Assembly (NCBI GenBank): GCA_951406725.2
Contig: OX597822.1
Location: 20,708,001-20,772,000, forward strand
From: Octopus vulgaris
Lineage: Eukaryota
Direction: 5' to 3'
Length of the DNA stretch: 64,000 nt
Part shown: positions 12,231-26,226 of the stretch, one piece after another
Layout of the letters: every line of letters starts with the position of its first letter
Numbering within the stretch: the stretch's first letter is position 1
The notes under the pieces: generated by a model
The model's database searches: none
What the model saw: only the letters and a program-made list of their open reading frames with translations
What the model was told of the DNA's origin: nothing
Position numbers and translations under genes: made by a program

Positions 12231-12572
12231 AAAGTAAAAAGTAAAGTCCCCCTTCAATCATGAATAACCATGGGATTGTACCTAGAATGTTCCCCTTTGA
12301 AGCACAAGTCCAGGCAAGATTTTTTATGGAAGACAATTGGCTGTCCCTGCATACCAGTGTCCCCTATCCATGCCACTGGTGTTATCCAAGGGAAAAGCAA
12401 AGGTTGATACAGCTTGGCACCAACGATGTCCCAACTCATTTCTACAGCTGAGTGAACTGGAACAATGTGAAATAAAATGTCTAGCTCAAGAACACAATGC
12501 ATAACCCGGTCTGGGAATCGAACTCAACCTCACAATTGTAAGCTCAATCCTCTAACCACTGAGCCATGTGCT
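12231..12572 (-). mobile_element. tRNA-derived SINE (CORE-like)
   Basis: Minus-strand A box (tggctcagtgg) and B box (gttcgattcc), core shared with 28575-28732, and (TTTAC)n-like tail. Confidence 0.8.
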
Positions 12573-13106
12573 TATGTATTATATATATATAAGCTTCAAA
12601 ATTATACAAAATACAAAAGACAGTGACAGGTAAAAGAACAACAAACAAGGTAGATTAGTTCAATAATTTGGTGCTCAGGAAGAATGCAAGAAGTCATTGA
12701 TGCTTTGAGCCCATGTTCAGAAAAGACATGTCTGGATTAATGGTTACACACATACGCACACATATATTGACAATATCAAAAATAAGGATTACGCCGAAGT
12801 ATATTATATGATTATGTTGAGTAGTTCATGGAAAATACTGTTGAAAAATATATTTTTATAGTCTGCATTTTCCAGACTGATGGACAACTGACCAATTATA
12901 TATGTGTGTGTGTTATATACACATACATACATGCTCACACTTGTATCCACAGGTTTGGTGATACAAGCAAGCAATAAAATAAAACTCAACAAGTTTGATA
13001 AGTTCCAGTGCACCACTCTCAGCTTTTGAGTTATTTTTGTAACTTAAGATTATATGAAAAGTATGCTTGTACACATATGTATGTGTGTGTATGCATGCAT
13101 GTATGC

Positions 13107-13139
<33 letters not shown>

Positions 13140-13437
13140 TGTATATATATATACCCACACATACACAATTTGTGTGTATATATATATACACATATACAAT
13201 ATGTGTATATATATATATATATATAAAATGTTTTAAAAAACGGAGAAAAAATGACAAAAACAGCACAAGGACATGGTACATGCAAAGTATTAATAAGATG
13301 CTCAGAGAAGGAAAGAAAGAATGGTTGCTTTACATTTTGAGCAAAGCTCTTCTTCGGAAACAGGAGACCAAAATAGGAAAGTCCAAAAGAAAAGGAAGAA
13401 GGAGGAAAAAATCGGCAACAGCCACACATACACAATA

Positions 13438-13470
<33 letters not shown>

Positions 13471-13989
13471 GATGGTAATGATAATTATACTTACATATCT
13501 GCTTGCACATACATATCTGTTCATGTGCATATTCACACATACACATGCGTACATGCACACCTATATAACTTACCTAACTACATGTATATTAAACGTTCTT
13601 CTCTCCTCAACACCATTGCCATGATCATTACCATTTACTACCATATATTTTCTTTCCCTGTCATCATCTCACTCATCTCTTACATCATTATCACTATTTT
13701 CCCTGCCAAATTCTCTTTGTATTGCCACAACCACTGTTTAGTTTTTATGCATGCCATCATCTTGTTACACATGATTGCACCAGTTAATTGCACCTATGCA
13801 GATATCACCTGCAGCAGTAACAGCAGCAATAGCAAGGGCAACAGTCTCCTCGGTTCATTCTTATAGACTTACATTATACAGTAGAGGCAACTTTTAGAAC
13901 CTAGTTATGCGTGTAATACATTTGTACTCTACTTCTCATGCATCTGATATCCTTATCTCCTCCAGTGCCACATCACCTCTTTCAACATA

Positions 13990-14930
13990 CTCCTAGCATG
14001 TCCTCTTCCTCTGCCTCCTCCTCTACTCCTACCTCTGCTCCTCCTCTACTTTCACCTCTTTTTCTTCCTCTACTTCCCCCTCTGCCTCTCCCTCTACCAC
14101 CACCTTCTCCTCTGCCTCCTTCTTCACCATCTCTCCCTTCCTTCTCCTCTGCCTCTTTTTTCACCTTCTCCTACACCACCCCTTTACTGATCCTCCTCCC
14201 TTCCTCCACCGCTATGCACTGCCTTCCTCCTCCTCCTCTCCTCTTTTTACTCAGTGTACCCTTGCTCCATTACTCATGTCTCTTTCAACCCCCACTACCC
14301 ATCTCATGTTTTTCTTGTTTTCTTCATATTTTCATGGGAAATTCATTTTGTTTTAGATGCTCTCTCTCTCTCATATTATTTGTTTCTGTTTCCATTACTC
14401 TTACTCTCTCTCCCCTCTCTCTCTCTATCCAACTGTCTATTAATCTATGTACAAATTCCATTATGTCTCTCTCTTTCACACACACACACAAGAACTAACT
14501 TAATGAATTTTCTCTTTCTTTCACATTTCTCTTACTTCCTCTATTCTCTTTCTTTCTCTCTCCCCCTCTCTTGCTTCTCACACTCTCACTCTCCGCATAC
14601 TTTCACTTTTCCTTTTGTCAGTTCTATCTCTCTTTTATCCTTTTTCCCAGTTCATTTTCTCTCCCATATATTTTATATTCTCTCTTCATTCTCCACCCTC
14701 TATGTATCTTTCACCCTCCCTCTTTAACTTATATTTTCCCTCACCCATTCTTCTTATTTAGTTCTGCTCTTCAATTTTCTTTCCCCACTTCAAATTATTC
14801 TCATTCTTTTCTTGAGATCTACTCTGTTTCTACTCTTTTATTCTTCATTTTTCTTTTACTATTATCACCCTCTCATACACTTTACCTCAACACATTCCCT
14901 CTATCTTTTTAACATTCAATCTAATTTTTT
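13990..14930. repeat. Long polypyrimidine/polypurine low-complexity tract
   Basis: About 0.9 kb of CCT/CT/CTT-rich sequence with strong strand asymmetry. Confidence 0.8.
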
Positions 14931-15104
14931 TCAATTTCTAAAACCATAACAATAGAATCTTGTTTGTATTTCTCAGCCAGTTTACTTCGATTTTCTCAAA
15001 CAACTTAATGAAACAAAACAGAAAAAACAACAAATAAATAAAGATAAATGAAAAGAATAAAATAGAAATAAAAGAACAAGGGGAAAATGAAAATTTCTTT
15101 AAAC

Positions 15105-15127
15105 TACTACTACTACTACTGCTGCTG

Positions 15128-15160
<33 letters not shown>

Positions 15161-15725
15161 AATAATTCTTGGATATTTGTTATAAGTAGGACTTTTTATG
15201 TATGTATGCATGTATGTATGTTCACTTTCACTTTTTAATTTAAAATAAATTTTGACTGGCCACCTGCTCCATAGTAAGGTTGTGAAGGAAAACATCTTGT
15301 TTTGTCCATCATTCTTTAACTCTTAAGAAGATCTTGCATATTTTTATAGACCTAGATATCATGATCATTTGTAGTGTATGAATTATGGATTTGTGTTCTC
15401 TCTCTCCAAGAATCCAAGTTCAGCCATACTTTGCTCCAGATGGGTTGGTACTCGTTCTGTTGGTCCAATAATAAGTATAAAGCTGAATGTGTATCTTGGA
15501 TACTGGATTTGCAAACTTCTTATCAATGATCCATAGATGTCCTCTTTCTCTTGAATTTTTCTAACCACATTGGTGTCCAGAGGGCAACTGATTTCCACAA
15601 CAGAACATCTTTTTCATGTGGTCCAATACAACAATATCTGGATGGTTATGTTCTAACTTGGTGGCTGTTTTAATTTTTAAGTTCCACCAATATTCTTTGA
15701 CCCCGTCGGTCTCAGTATAGTCAAA
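15105..15725 (-). mobile_element. 3' fragment of an RLE-type non-LTR retrotransposon (R4/Dong-like)
   Basis: YWWNLKIKTATKLEHNHPDIVVLD..EISCPLDTNVVRKIQEKEDIY..IIGP matches the PD-(D/E)xK restriction-like endonuclease. The 3' end abuts a (TAC)n tract. Confidence 0.85.
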
Positions 15726-15889
15726 CTTGTGTGTATGTATGCACATGTGTATGTACATGAATGTGTATTATGACACACACACACACACACACAAGGAATA
15801 AAGTGTAGAAAACAAAGATAAATGGATGCTTCATCAGTTTTGATGATGAGTATTCTAATTGTTCTATCAACAGACATATTTAGTAATCA

Positions 15890-16030
15890 TATTAATGCAT
15901 GACTGAATATTCCACAGATACATGCACATTTAATTCAATATTCATGTCCAATGAACTTGACACAGTTCATGGCAAAGCTTGCCCTTTGAATTACTTGCAT
16001 AATCCATCTGATATGCCTCCACTGTGTCTC
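15890..16030 (+). mobile_element. Possible Helitron PIF1-helicase remnant
   Basis: CPLNYLHNPSDMPPLCL resembles the Helitron helicase motif YP.EFLNSL.PSGMPPH.L. Single motif only. Confidence 0.3.
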
Positions 16031-17336
16031 TCTACCGAATTGCACTCACAAATCTCAGATCTTCTTGATGCTGTAGTTGAAGATACTTTATTCAATATTG
16101 TAGTATTTAAACTAAGATTCAATACTATAGTATTTAAACTTGGCTCTCATTATTGTGTAGTAATTTTTTTTTAGCCATGTAAGCATGCTGGCACTCAGTG
16201 TAAGATAAATCAATTTTATTAAATATGCAATATTCATTTTGCAATGAAATATAAAGAAAATGTTATACAACAGATTTCTATCTCTATGAGATTGGTCTAA
16301 TTTAGAGTTTTTGCACACTTTCCTCATAGAAACAGTACCCATCTGTTCACAGAAAGGAAAGTAGCTTATAGTTACCTATAGTATTTACAAACTAGAATTG
16401 ATTCATTTAATTTGGATAACAGTGCATGGCCTGACAATGAAAATTAATAAATTAAATCATATATCAAATTATTTGAAAAGCCAGGTGAGTAATGTATCAT
16501 TAATTAAACAAGCACATTTTCTGTGTATGCAGCATTATGCAACACTACATGTATCTATCTACCTGTCTAAACAATTTCTGTCTCACCAATTTGACCCACT
16601 TGGCTATAGTTAAAGCACTTACCTAAGGTACCATACAGTGGGATTGAGCCCAGAACTTCCTGGTTGCAAAACAAACTTGTTAAGTGTGGAGCCATGCTTA
16701 TATATGAGGGAATTAGATAAAAACAGTCGAGTTAAGAGCAGCAGCAAGTTGATGTTGAAAGTGAGGTCTCATATCAATGAGCAGGAAAGAGAAATGTACA
16801 ATGGAGCCAGTTAAAAGAAGGTCCAAAACAGTGTAATCTCCACTGATGACACAGTAAGATTGTTGCTAGTATCATGAATGCTGAGATACATATACATGTC
16901 TACATGTGTGTATGCATGTGTATGTATGTATAAAGAGGGAACAGATTTTCTTACAAGTATGTTTTATTAAAGACACTACTATAATCAAGTTTGCTTAAGT
17001 TTATTATGGATTTTTCGCATTTTCTTATTTTTCATGTGAATGCCATGAAACATTAATAGACCAATGGAGTTAGGAATGCTACAGTACAAAATTGAATATA
17101 AAAAAATACTAAGAAAATAGGAAAAATTATTAATAAAAAATCAAACTTGAACACCATATATGTATGTGTATGTTTATATGTTTGTATGTATGTTTGTATG
17201 TATGCATATTTGTGTGTTTGTGTGTGTATATATATATAAATAGATTTATGTATGTATAAATATGTATATATGTATATATTTGTGTATATGTATATATATA
17301 TATATATATGTATAAATATGTAAATATGTATATATT

Positions 17337-17373
<37 letters not shown>

Positions 17374-17496
17374 AAATATGTAAATATGTATATATTTGTG
17401 TATATATATATATATACACGCACACACACACATATGTATATATACATATATATAAATATGTAAATACGTATAGCTATCTATAAATGTTCTTATATT

Positions 17497-17538
<42 letters not shown>

Positions 17539-17939
17539 ATTTAGAAGGCAGCACAAAGCCCAATATAAAAATATGATATTGATGATGATGATGGTGGTGG
17601 TGGTGGTGGTGGTATAAACATATACTCAGGCATAGATAATACATAATTCCTTAACTTGCATATTTTGCTGATTCCAGTGATTAAAATCCAAGAAATTGTC
17701 ACAAAAACAAAAGAGAAAAGTATGAATTAGTCATGTGGAGAATGTGAGAAGATGAGGAGATGGAGCAGCATAATAACAAAGTTCTTGCCATAACAACAAG
17801 AACATCTTCATCAGCAACAACAACAAGAATACAATAACGTTAGAAGCAAAACCCAATTTGGAAATTAAGGAATTCAAAATGCCAACAGAATATGGTCAAT
17901 AGAACCAATGATAATAAAAATAACGAAACTGAATAAGAA

Positions 17940-17981
17940 CAATAATGATGACAGTGATGGTAGTGATGATGATGATGTTGG

Positions 17982-18013
<32 letters not shown>

Positions 18014-18080
18014 TTGGTGATGCTTGCAATGAAAGTAATGATGATGATGATGATGATGAGGAGGAGGAGGAGGAGGAAAA
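17940..18080. repeat. (GAT)n/(GAG)n trinucleotide microsatellite
   Basis: Direct inspection. It explains the poly-D/E and poly-S ORFs. Confidence 0.9.
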
Positions 18081-19104
18081 GAAGGAGAGAAAGAGAAGAA
18101 ATTTAGGAAAGAAACTATTAAAAACTAAAATAACAAGATTAAAGAATAACAACTAGAAATTATAAGAAAAACAATTACACACATATACACAAACATGTCT
18201 TACACATATGTCCTTCACAGACACACACCTGACGCATGCATTCATATACAATACACACACTCACACACATACATAATAAGCACATGTATACACAATTTGC
18301 ACATGGGCAAGTACATTACACATACATTCACATACACTCCATACAAACATACATATATCTTACACATACATTCATACACAATATACACACAATAAAAACA
18401 TGCACCCACACACACACTTTTGACACATCATACACATCATCTATACATGCACATGTACCTCACACACACACAAGCTATAAACACATACACCGTATTCACA
18501 TGCTGTACACACATCTGTGAATACACCATACACACCATACACACACACAAATAAACATAGACCCACACATAAAGTACCTCTGTGCACATAATCTACAATA
18601 ATAAGAATTATAACAAAGAAAACAAGGATAACAATATAACAAAAACATAAAAAAAAAAAAGATACCGACCGACACCATTACTACTAGTACTACTACTGCT
18701 GCTGCTACCCCCCCACTACTACTACTACTACTACTACTATTACTACATAACTAGGTTAGCATGACAAAAATATACAAACAAGGAAAATGTATTGTTCCTA
18801 ATGCATTCCTTTAGACAAACAATGGATGTCAAATGGAAACAATCAGTATTGATGGAAAATGGAAGATGGGTTGTGTGGGGGAAAGGAGGGGGGCTGTTAG
18901 GAAACTTTTTCTAAACTGTGTTACTCTTTATCATCATTATCATCATTATCATACTAACTTCCTCTTCATTAGCATCATCGTTATCGTTACCATTTCCCCA
19001 CTCCCTCTTCTTCTTCTTCCGCATCTCCTCCTCCTCCTCCTCATTGTTGTTATTGTTATTAGTGAGTCAGACAAAATGCTTAGTGGTAATTCTTCAGTTT
19101 AATT

Positions 19105-19232
19105 TTTTACTCTTTTACTTGTTTCAGTCATTTGACTGCACCCATACTGGAGCACTGCCTTTAGTCGAGCAAATCAACCCCCAGGACTTATTCTTTGTAA
19201 GCCTAGTACTTATTCTATCAGTCTCGTTTGTC
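19105..19232 (-). mobile_element. SINE 3' part with hairpin LINE-type tail
   Basis: ttttacttgtttcagtcatttgactg..ctggagcactgcc. Homologues at about 24790-24990, 61818-62020 and 62637-62820. Confidence 0.8.
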
Positions 19233-19885
19233 CGAGACCTCTGGAGATATGCTGTGACTGCGAAGACCCAACAAATAACGTGAGTTCATGACTCTTTCCT
19301 GCACCAGCTTCACATAGAAGCCCCAGCCTATCCAAAGTGCCTTGGATCGCAGGACAGCCTGCTGTGCTTACCTTGGATTGTAGGGCGACCTGCTGTGCAT
19401 GAGGAGACCTATTGAGTCAAGTACATCAACATCAAAAAATGAAATGGATATTGTAGTTGTGATACCTGTGCCGGTGGCACATGAAAAGCACCATCCGAAC
19501 GTGGTCGATGCCAGCGCCGCCTTGACTGGCTTCTGTGCTGATGGCACGTAAAAAGCACCAACCGATCATGGCTGTTGCCTCTCCTGGCACCTGTGCTGGT
19601 GGCACGTAAAAAGCACCCACTATACTCATGGAGTGGTTGGCGTTAGGAAGAACATCCAGCTGTAGAAACACTGCCATATCACACTGGAGCCTGGTGCAGC
19701 CTCCTGGCTTCCCAGACTCCAGTTGAACCGACCAACCCATGCTAGCATGGAAAACGGACATTAAACGGTGATGATGATGATGATATATATGGTGCAGCCT
19801 TCTGGCTTGCCAACCCTCTGTTAAACCATCCAATCCATGCCGGATTGGAAAGCAGACATTGAATGACGACAATGATGATGATGAT
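19233..19885 (+). mobile_element. 5'-truncated RTE 3' end (ORF terminus, 3' UTR, (GAT)n tail) plus a second partial tail
   Basis: RDLWRYAVTAKTQQIT* parallels the C-terminus of the 54-58 kb RTE. The UTR is homologous to 54125-54540 and ends in (GAT)n at about 19782 and again at about 19885. Confidence 0.85.
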
Positions 19886-19984
19886 GTAAAGGAATGAATG
19901 TAAAAATAGATATATCATAAACAATTTTAAATTATTTACGAAGATATCAGGGGCCAGAACATGCAATCAAAAAATTATTTCATA

Positions 19985-20300
19985 AAAGAAGAGTTTATGA
20001 ATGTGAATAAAACACAGATATAACGGAGAGGGTTATAAACATTTACAAATTGGCTGACCGTTAGTAAGGAGAGACACACAAATAAGAAAGAAGAAAGCAA
20101 AGGACCACTGACGAGGTCACAGGAGTGTGACAAAAGAACTCTGGCCGAAATAAGATTAATGTAAAAAATGAATAACGCTGAAGCAAAGTAACACCAAATA
20201 TATAGTGCGTGTGTTTTTATTGGCTAAACTGGCAAAATGACCATTCTTAAATACAACAATATCTGTTTCAACACACAATTTCACACCAAAAATCTTGCAA

Positions 20301-20307
<7 letters not shown>
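19985..20307 (+). mobile_element. pLTR-like non-coding repeat with hammerhead core
   Basis: CTGACGA (20108-20114), GGTCA..TGGCC stem, GAAA (20147-20150). The region 20144-20305 is homologous to 52785-52955. Confidence 0.65.
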
Positions 20308-20372
<65 letters not shown>

Positions 20373-20377
20373 TATAG

Positions 20378-20570
20378 GGAAAGTTTACGAAACAAACAAA
20401 AGACGAAGACAGGTGGTGTACCAAACAAACAGATGTATTAGTATAACGCTCAGGAATAGAAAAAGTCTTTTACGTTTCGAGCCTACGCTCTTCTACAGAA
20501 AGGGACAAAGAGAGAAACAAGGAGAGAAAAAAAATGTGTGTAGTGGCTAACGATCTATCATGGTGACTCA
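20378..20570 (-). mobile_element. Short pLTR-like repeat with minimal hammerhead-like fold
   Basis: Minus strand 20502-20467 reads cttt-CTGTAGAA-gagc-gtag-gctc-GAAAC-GTA-aaag. Bounded by (TA)n tracts. Confidence 0.7.
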
Positions 20571-20590
20571 TATGTATATATATTAGAAGG

Positions 20591-20630
<40 letters not shown>

Positions 20631-20682
20631 TATTAGAGACAAAACCACTATTTTGCAAAACAAACAAGGAAAGACTTAATCA

Positions 20683-20756
<74 letters not shown>

Positions 20757-20758
20757 TA

Positions 20759-21002
20759 CTAGGATGATCCGGTTCTTGACTGAAGATTGAAGGCTTCGAA
20801 TGTCTCGTCCGTGTTTTTTGTATCGTCTTCTAAATGTTTTACGTTCTTGTCCCAGTTTGTATTTTTCTACATATAAAATATATATGTACCCTCGTTGGCC
20901 TTATGTAAGTACATATTCCTGTAAATTTGGTATGACTCTATACACTGTCTCTCTCTCCTACATTTCTCTGCCTTTCACACTTTGCTCTCTACTTTGATCT
21001 GT

Positions 21003-21037
<35 letters not shown>

Positions 21038-21720
21038 CTCCTCCTTTTCTCTTTTCTTGCCTCTGATTCTTTGGTCTACTCTTCCCCCCACTCTCTCACA
21101 ATTCTCTGTCTTTCTCACTTTGCACTCACTAGCCCTTCTTGACACGCACTCTTTCTTCTCCCCTCTTTAATTCCTTCTTTCTCTCTCTTCTCCTCCCTTT
21201 GTTGCCTTCGTCCCTCTTTCTCTCTCTCTTTGTTTCCTTTGCCCCCTTTCTTTTCTCTCACTTCTCTCACGTGACCGCTGGTCAAAATCAGCCGTTTCCT
21301 CTGACCACTGCTGTGAGAACATCTGTTGTCTTCGTCTGCCGATAAAGGCATTTTCTCCAAATACGCCAGCTAAACTTGTTGTACTGTTTATTAGTCGTAA
21401 GACACCTGCTGTTTTTTGTCCTGTTTTTACCATTATTGTTTTTTGTATTTTATATTCGTGTGGCATCGTCCGTTTTTCTGTCCCTGTTTCGTATACATTC
21501 GATCCTTCTTCCAAGAAATCTAATGCTCGTAGCTTAGTTTTTCCTTGGGGCTGGCCGGATCGGAGCGATCTCAAGATTAATCAGCCGAAATTGCTAGGAT
21601 GATCCGGTTCTTGACTGAAGATTGAAGGCTTTGAATGTCCCGTCCGTGTTTTTTGTATCGTCTTCTAAATGTTTTACGTTCTTATCCCAGTTTGTGTTTT
21701 TCTACATATAAAATATATAT
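20759..21720 (+). mobile_element. Non-coding element with about 125-bp terminal direct repeats (partial tandem, 835-bp period)
   Basis: 20759-20884 is nearly identical to 21594-21720. CT-rich interior, no real ORF, flanked by (TA)n. Confidence 0.8.
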
Positions 21721-21764
21721 ATATATATGTATATGTATATATATATATGTATGTATATATATAG

Positions 21765-21899
21765 GTAAACGTTAAAAAAACACAAACTGGGACAAGAACG
21801 TGAAACATTTTGAAGACGACAAAAAAACACACAGACGGGACTTTCGAAGCTCTCAGTCATCAGTCAAGAACCAGATCATCTTCGCAATTTCGGCTGATT

Positions 21900-21900
<1 letters not shown>
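21765..21900 (-). mobile_element. Inverted, diverged copy of the terminal repeat of the 20759-21720 element
   Basis: Reverse complement aligns with 21578-21705 and carries CTGATGA at 21863-21857. Confidence 0.8.
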
Positions 21901-22650
<750 letters not shown>

Positions 22651-23861
22651 TGTGTGTATGAGTATAAATGCATGTTTATCTAGAAGTATGTTTGCTGCAA
22701 GTGTCAGTGGAATGAAATAGATTTAAAACTTCTCATTTTAGCATGATTAGAAAAATAAATTTAGGTTTCTGCATCTATTTTTACTGATATTGTCACCATG
22801 TAGTCTGCAGCATGCTTGTCATTAATATCCTGAAGCTTGTCCAAAGTGACTATTGCTCCATCACTTTAGCCAATCAGCTTGTTGGTATAGTTGGCCATTT
22901 ATGTATAACTCTGTGAATGTGTATGTATGCATCTGTGTGTGTATGTATGTGTTTGTCAAAAGTGAATATCACTCTTTCATTGCATTTGATATATGGGAGT
23001 GAATATATTCAATCGTTTTTCTATTGATATTTTTACTACATTTGTGTGTATATATGCACGTGTATGTGAGTGATAACTTTGTTTTACTGCATTCATTTGT
23101 ATATATACACATACCTATATGTATATACACACACACATTTATATAGGTACATCCATATCATGTGTGTATATGTGAGTGCAGTGGATATACATATATGAGT
23201 GTATGACTCTGTTTTACTGTTTGAGTGTATATGTGTCCATACATCTATATGAGTACATAGATCTATGTTTCACTATTTATATGCATGTGTATGCACACAC
23301 ACACACACACATACACACACACATACACACACATGTATTTATATACAGAATTACATGCATACATATGCACATTTATGTGTGTGTGTTCCTGTGTTTGTGC
23401 ATGCATGTGTGAGTGTGTAGCTCTGCATATATGCATACATCTAGGATAATATCTCAAAGAATATCAACCTATCACTATAGCCAATCAGATTGTCTTCACA
23501 GTAACAAGTTCTAGCTTTTACGTCTGTATATGTTTGTATGCATGTCTGTCAACATGACTATTGCTATGAATGTTTCCATGTGACAATACTTCATACATAC
23601 ATGTGTAACTAAAACCATGTATGTTATTTTTGCATAAGTATTTGCATAAGTTAATGCCTGTTCACATCACATGTAAACTTGTGGATATTAGTCCTATTCA
23701 TGGTTGTGCACAGAAATTTAATCTAATCTATACTTGTTGGTATTTATATACACATGTGTGTGTGAGTGTCTGTTTGTAAATATATACATATTTATTGTTT
23801 GTGTGCATGTACATATACAGTAGGTGGGCATGTGAATCATTGCAAATATTTAGTTTGTATT

Positions 23862-23900
<39 letters not shown>

Positions 23901-25232
23901 CATGAACATGTAAAGTCAATTGTCTGTACATCCTACATTGTTACTCTGTGCCTGTGTTTACTCTGTGTCTGTACATCCTACATAAATTCAGTTTGAGAAT
24001 CAAGAAATTCTTTTTCATCTCCCTTCTCTCTCTTCCTGCCCACATCTACTCATGTTCACAAACACACACACATACACTCACTCACACACACACATCTGCA
24101 TGTGTATAGTACAATAAGTATTTTTAGATGACAATAACTTACATAGGATGCCTCATGTTTATGGTCATGTATCTTTATATTTTGTCTTTCCAATCTCTAC
24201 ATATCTATACCATAAAAGTATACATTTCCCACCTCTGAGAATTATCTTATTCTTCAGCAGAAACTATAGTGTATACTCTATTTTTGTATTATAATGAAGA
24301 AACGTATATTTTGGTGATGAGATGGGTATGGGAAGAGACATGATGATGATAATGATGGTGGTGGTGGAAGTGATAGTTGCGTTAGTGTATTACATAACTG
24401 AAAGCTATTCACTAAATCAATAAATGCAGTATACATGTGCACTGTACTTGTAATGTTGCTGCTTTTGTATAAATCCTTAATTCAAGATACACCATGTTAC
24501 ATGACTATTTGTTAGACTTCAGGTCCATGATATTTGTTTTGGAACCCAAAAGGAGAAATAAATATTGATACTTGAAAACTTCACCTTTTCTTTCTTGACA
24601 ATTGAGAAGTCTTACTCCACTTTTTTTTTTTTTTTACTAAAGAATCCAGTCTGCTGAGAAACTGGCTTACTTTTTAAGAGCTAAGAACTGCTACAAAGTT
24701 TTTAACCCATGGTCTAAATACCTAAGATAAGTTTCAGTCAGTATCTGTTGTGGATCAGCAGAATCCTTACAGTATTATCATTTATCTTTTGTCTTCTACT
24801 TGTTTCAGTTATTAGACTTCAGCCATGCTGGAGCACCACCTTGGGGAATGTTTTAGTAAAATTAATCAATGCTAGTACTTAGTTTTTAAAGACTAGTACT
24901 TATTCTATAGGTGTCTTTTGCTGAACCACTAAGTTACAGGGAGATAACCACATTAGCACCTGTTGACCTGTTGTCAATGATGGTGGAAACAAGCTCAAAG
25001 ACATGCACACACATGCACACATACATACATACATATATACTTTTGGTCTTCTACATATATATATATTAATCAATGAAATTCCAACTTAGTCTGGTTTCCA
25101 CGCTATACTATTTGCAATTTTTGCAAATTTACAGTTTTACAATATTGATATAAACTAGTACTTTCGTACATTATGCAAAGTTCAGGTTTATGTAGTGACA
25201 GTCATGTTCCACAATTGACAACTGTGTGTGGG

Positions 25233-25331
<99 letters not shown>

Positions 25332-25453
25332 TCATTACAAATATTAAAAATATTGTTATCTGTGGAGTAATATCCCTAGTAAAAAGGAATGAGCTGTGTT
25401 TGGCTGCTATTTCTAAATTTTCAGTATGTGGTGAAGCAACTTGTTGCTTAACC

Positions 25454-25511
<58 letters not shown>

Positions 25512-25518
25512 AATATAG

Positions 25519-26005
25519 TAACAGTATTAATAAAATAAGAGATGGAATGTGTAATAGACTTTATTGGGTATTATCTTCCTTTCAACTTCTACTTCCTTTT
25601 CTTTTCTTTCTCTTAACAGTTACAACAGCGAAAGCTCATTACTTCATTTTCTCTAAACTAGAATGTATACTTTCCACATTCATATTTGAATTTTTTGTGT
25701 TTCAATAAATTTTCTCTGATTTTACTCATTCTTGAATTTGATGGACATATAGCAGTACATAAGCTGACTCAAGAAATCTCTAGTGAGACTTTTTATTGGT
25801 ATACCTGAAGAAACCCAGAATGAGTCAAAACATTTGTTGAACCCAATTAAGTCTATTACACATTCCATCTCCTATTTTATTAATACTGTTATCCCAACCA
25901 CCACTACGAAGTTCCTGCAATAAATCTACAGATAACAACAGGTAATCGAAACTGTGCCGGTGCTTTACTCATCATTTATTTATACATTTAGAACAATTCC
26001 TCCAT
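25519..26005 (+). mobile_element. PLE-like non-coding element with inverted terminal segment
   Basis: 25519-25569 is an inverted near-copy of 25841-25891. Hammerhead-like motifs at about 25795-25846 and 25899-25962. Lies between TA tracts. Confidence 0.6.
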
Positions 26006-26035
26006 TATATGTGTATATATATATATATATATAAA

Positions 26036-26226
26036 GATAAGGGAAATTATTGAAGGAACACATCTAGGCAATCAATACAAATTCCAAAGCATAATAAATA
26101 AATATACATCACAACAAAATAAATATACATACAAATTTATAAATATATTTCGTTGTGTGTTTTAAATTATTGCTTTCGAATTTGTATTGATTGACTAGAT
26201 GTGTTCCTTCTATAATTTCCCTTATC
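26036..26226. repeat. Foldback/MITE-like inverted repeat (about 60-bp imperfect arms)
   Basis: gataagggaaattattgaaggaacacatctag..caatcaatacaaattc pairs with gaatttgtattgattgactagatgtgttccttctataatttcccttatc. Confidence 0.8.

Noticed and set aside
13938-14912. Pro/Ser/Leu/Phe-rich ORFs
   Set aside because: Artefact of the polypyrimidine tract.
17874-18156. Poly-Asp/Glu and poly-Ser ORFs
   Set aside because: (GAT)n/(GAG)n microsatellite with no domain or splice support.
21330-21390. Additional hammerhead-like motif (ccgataaaggc..gcc..taaac)
   Set aside because: Too many core mismatches and no stem I.
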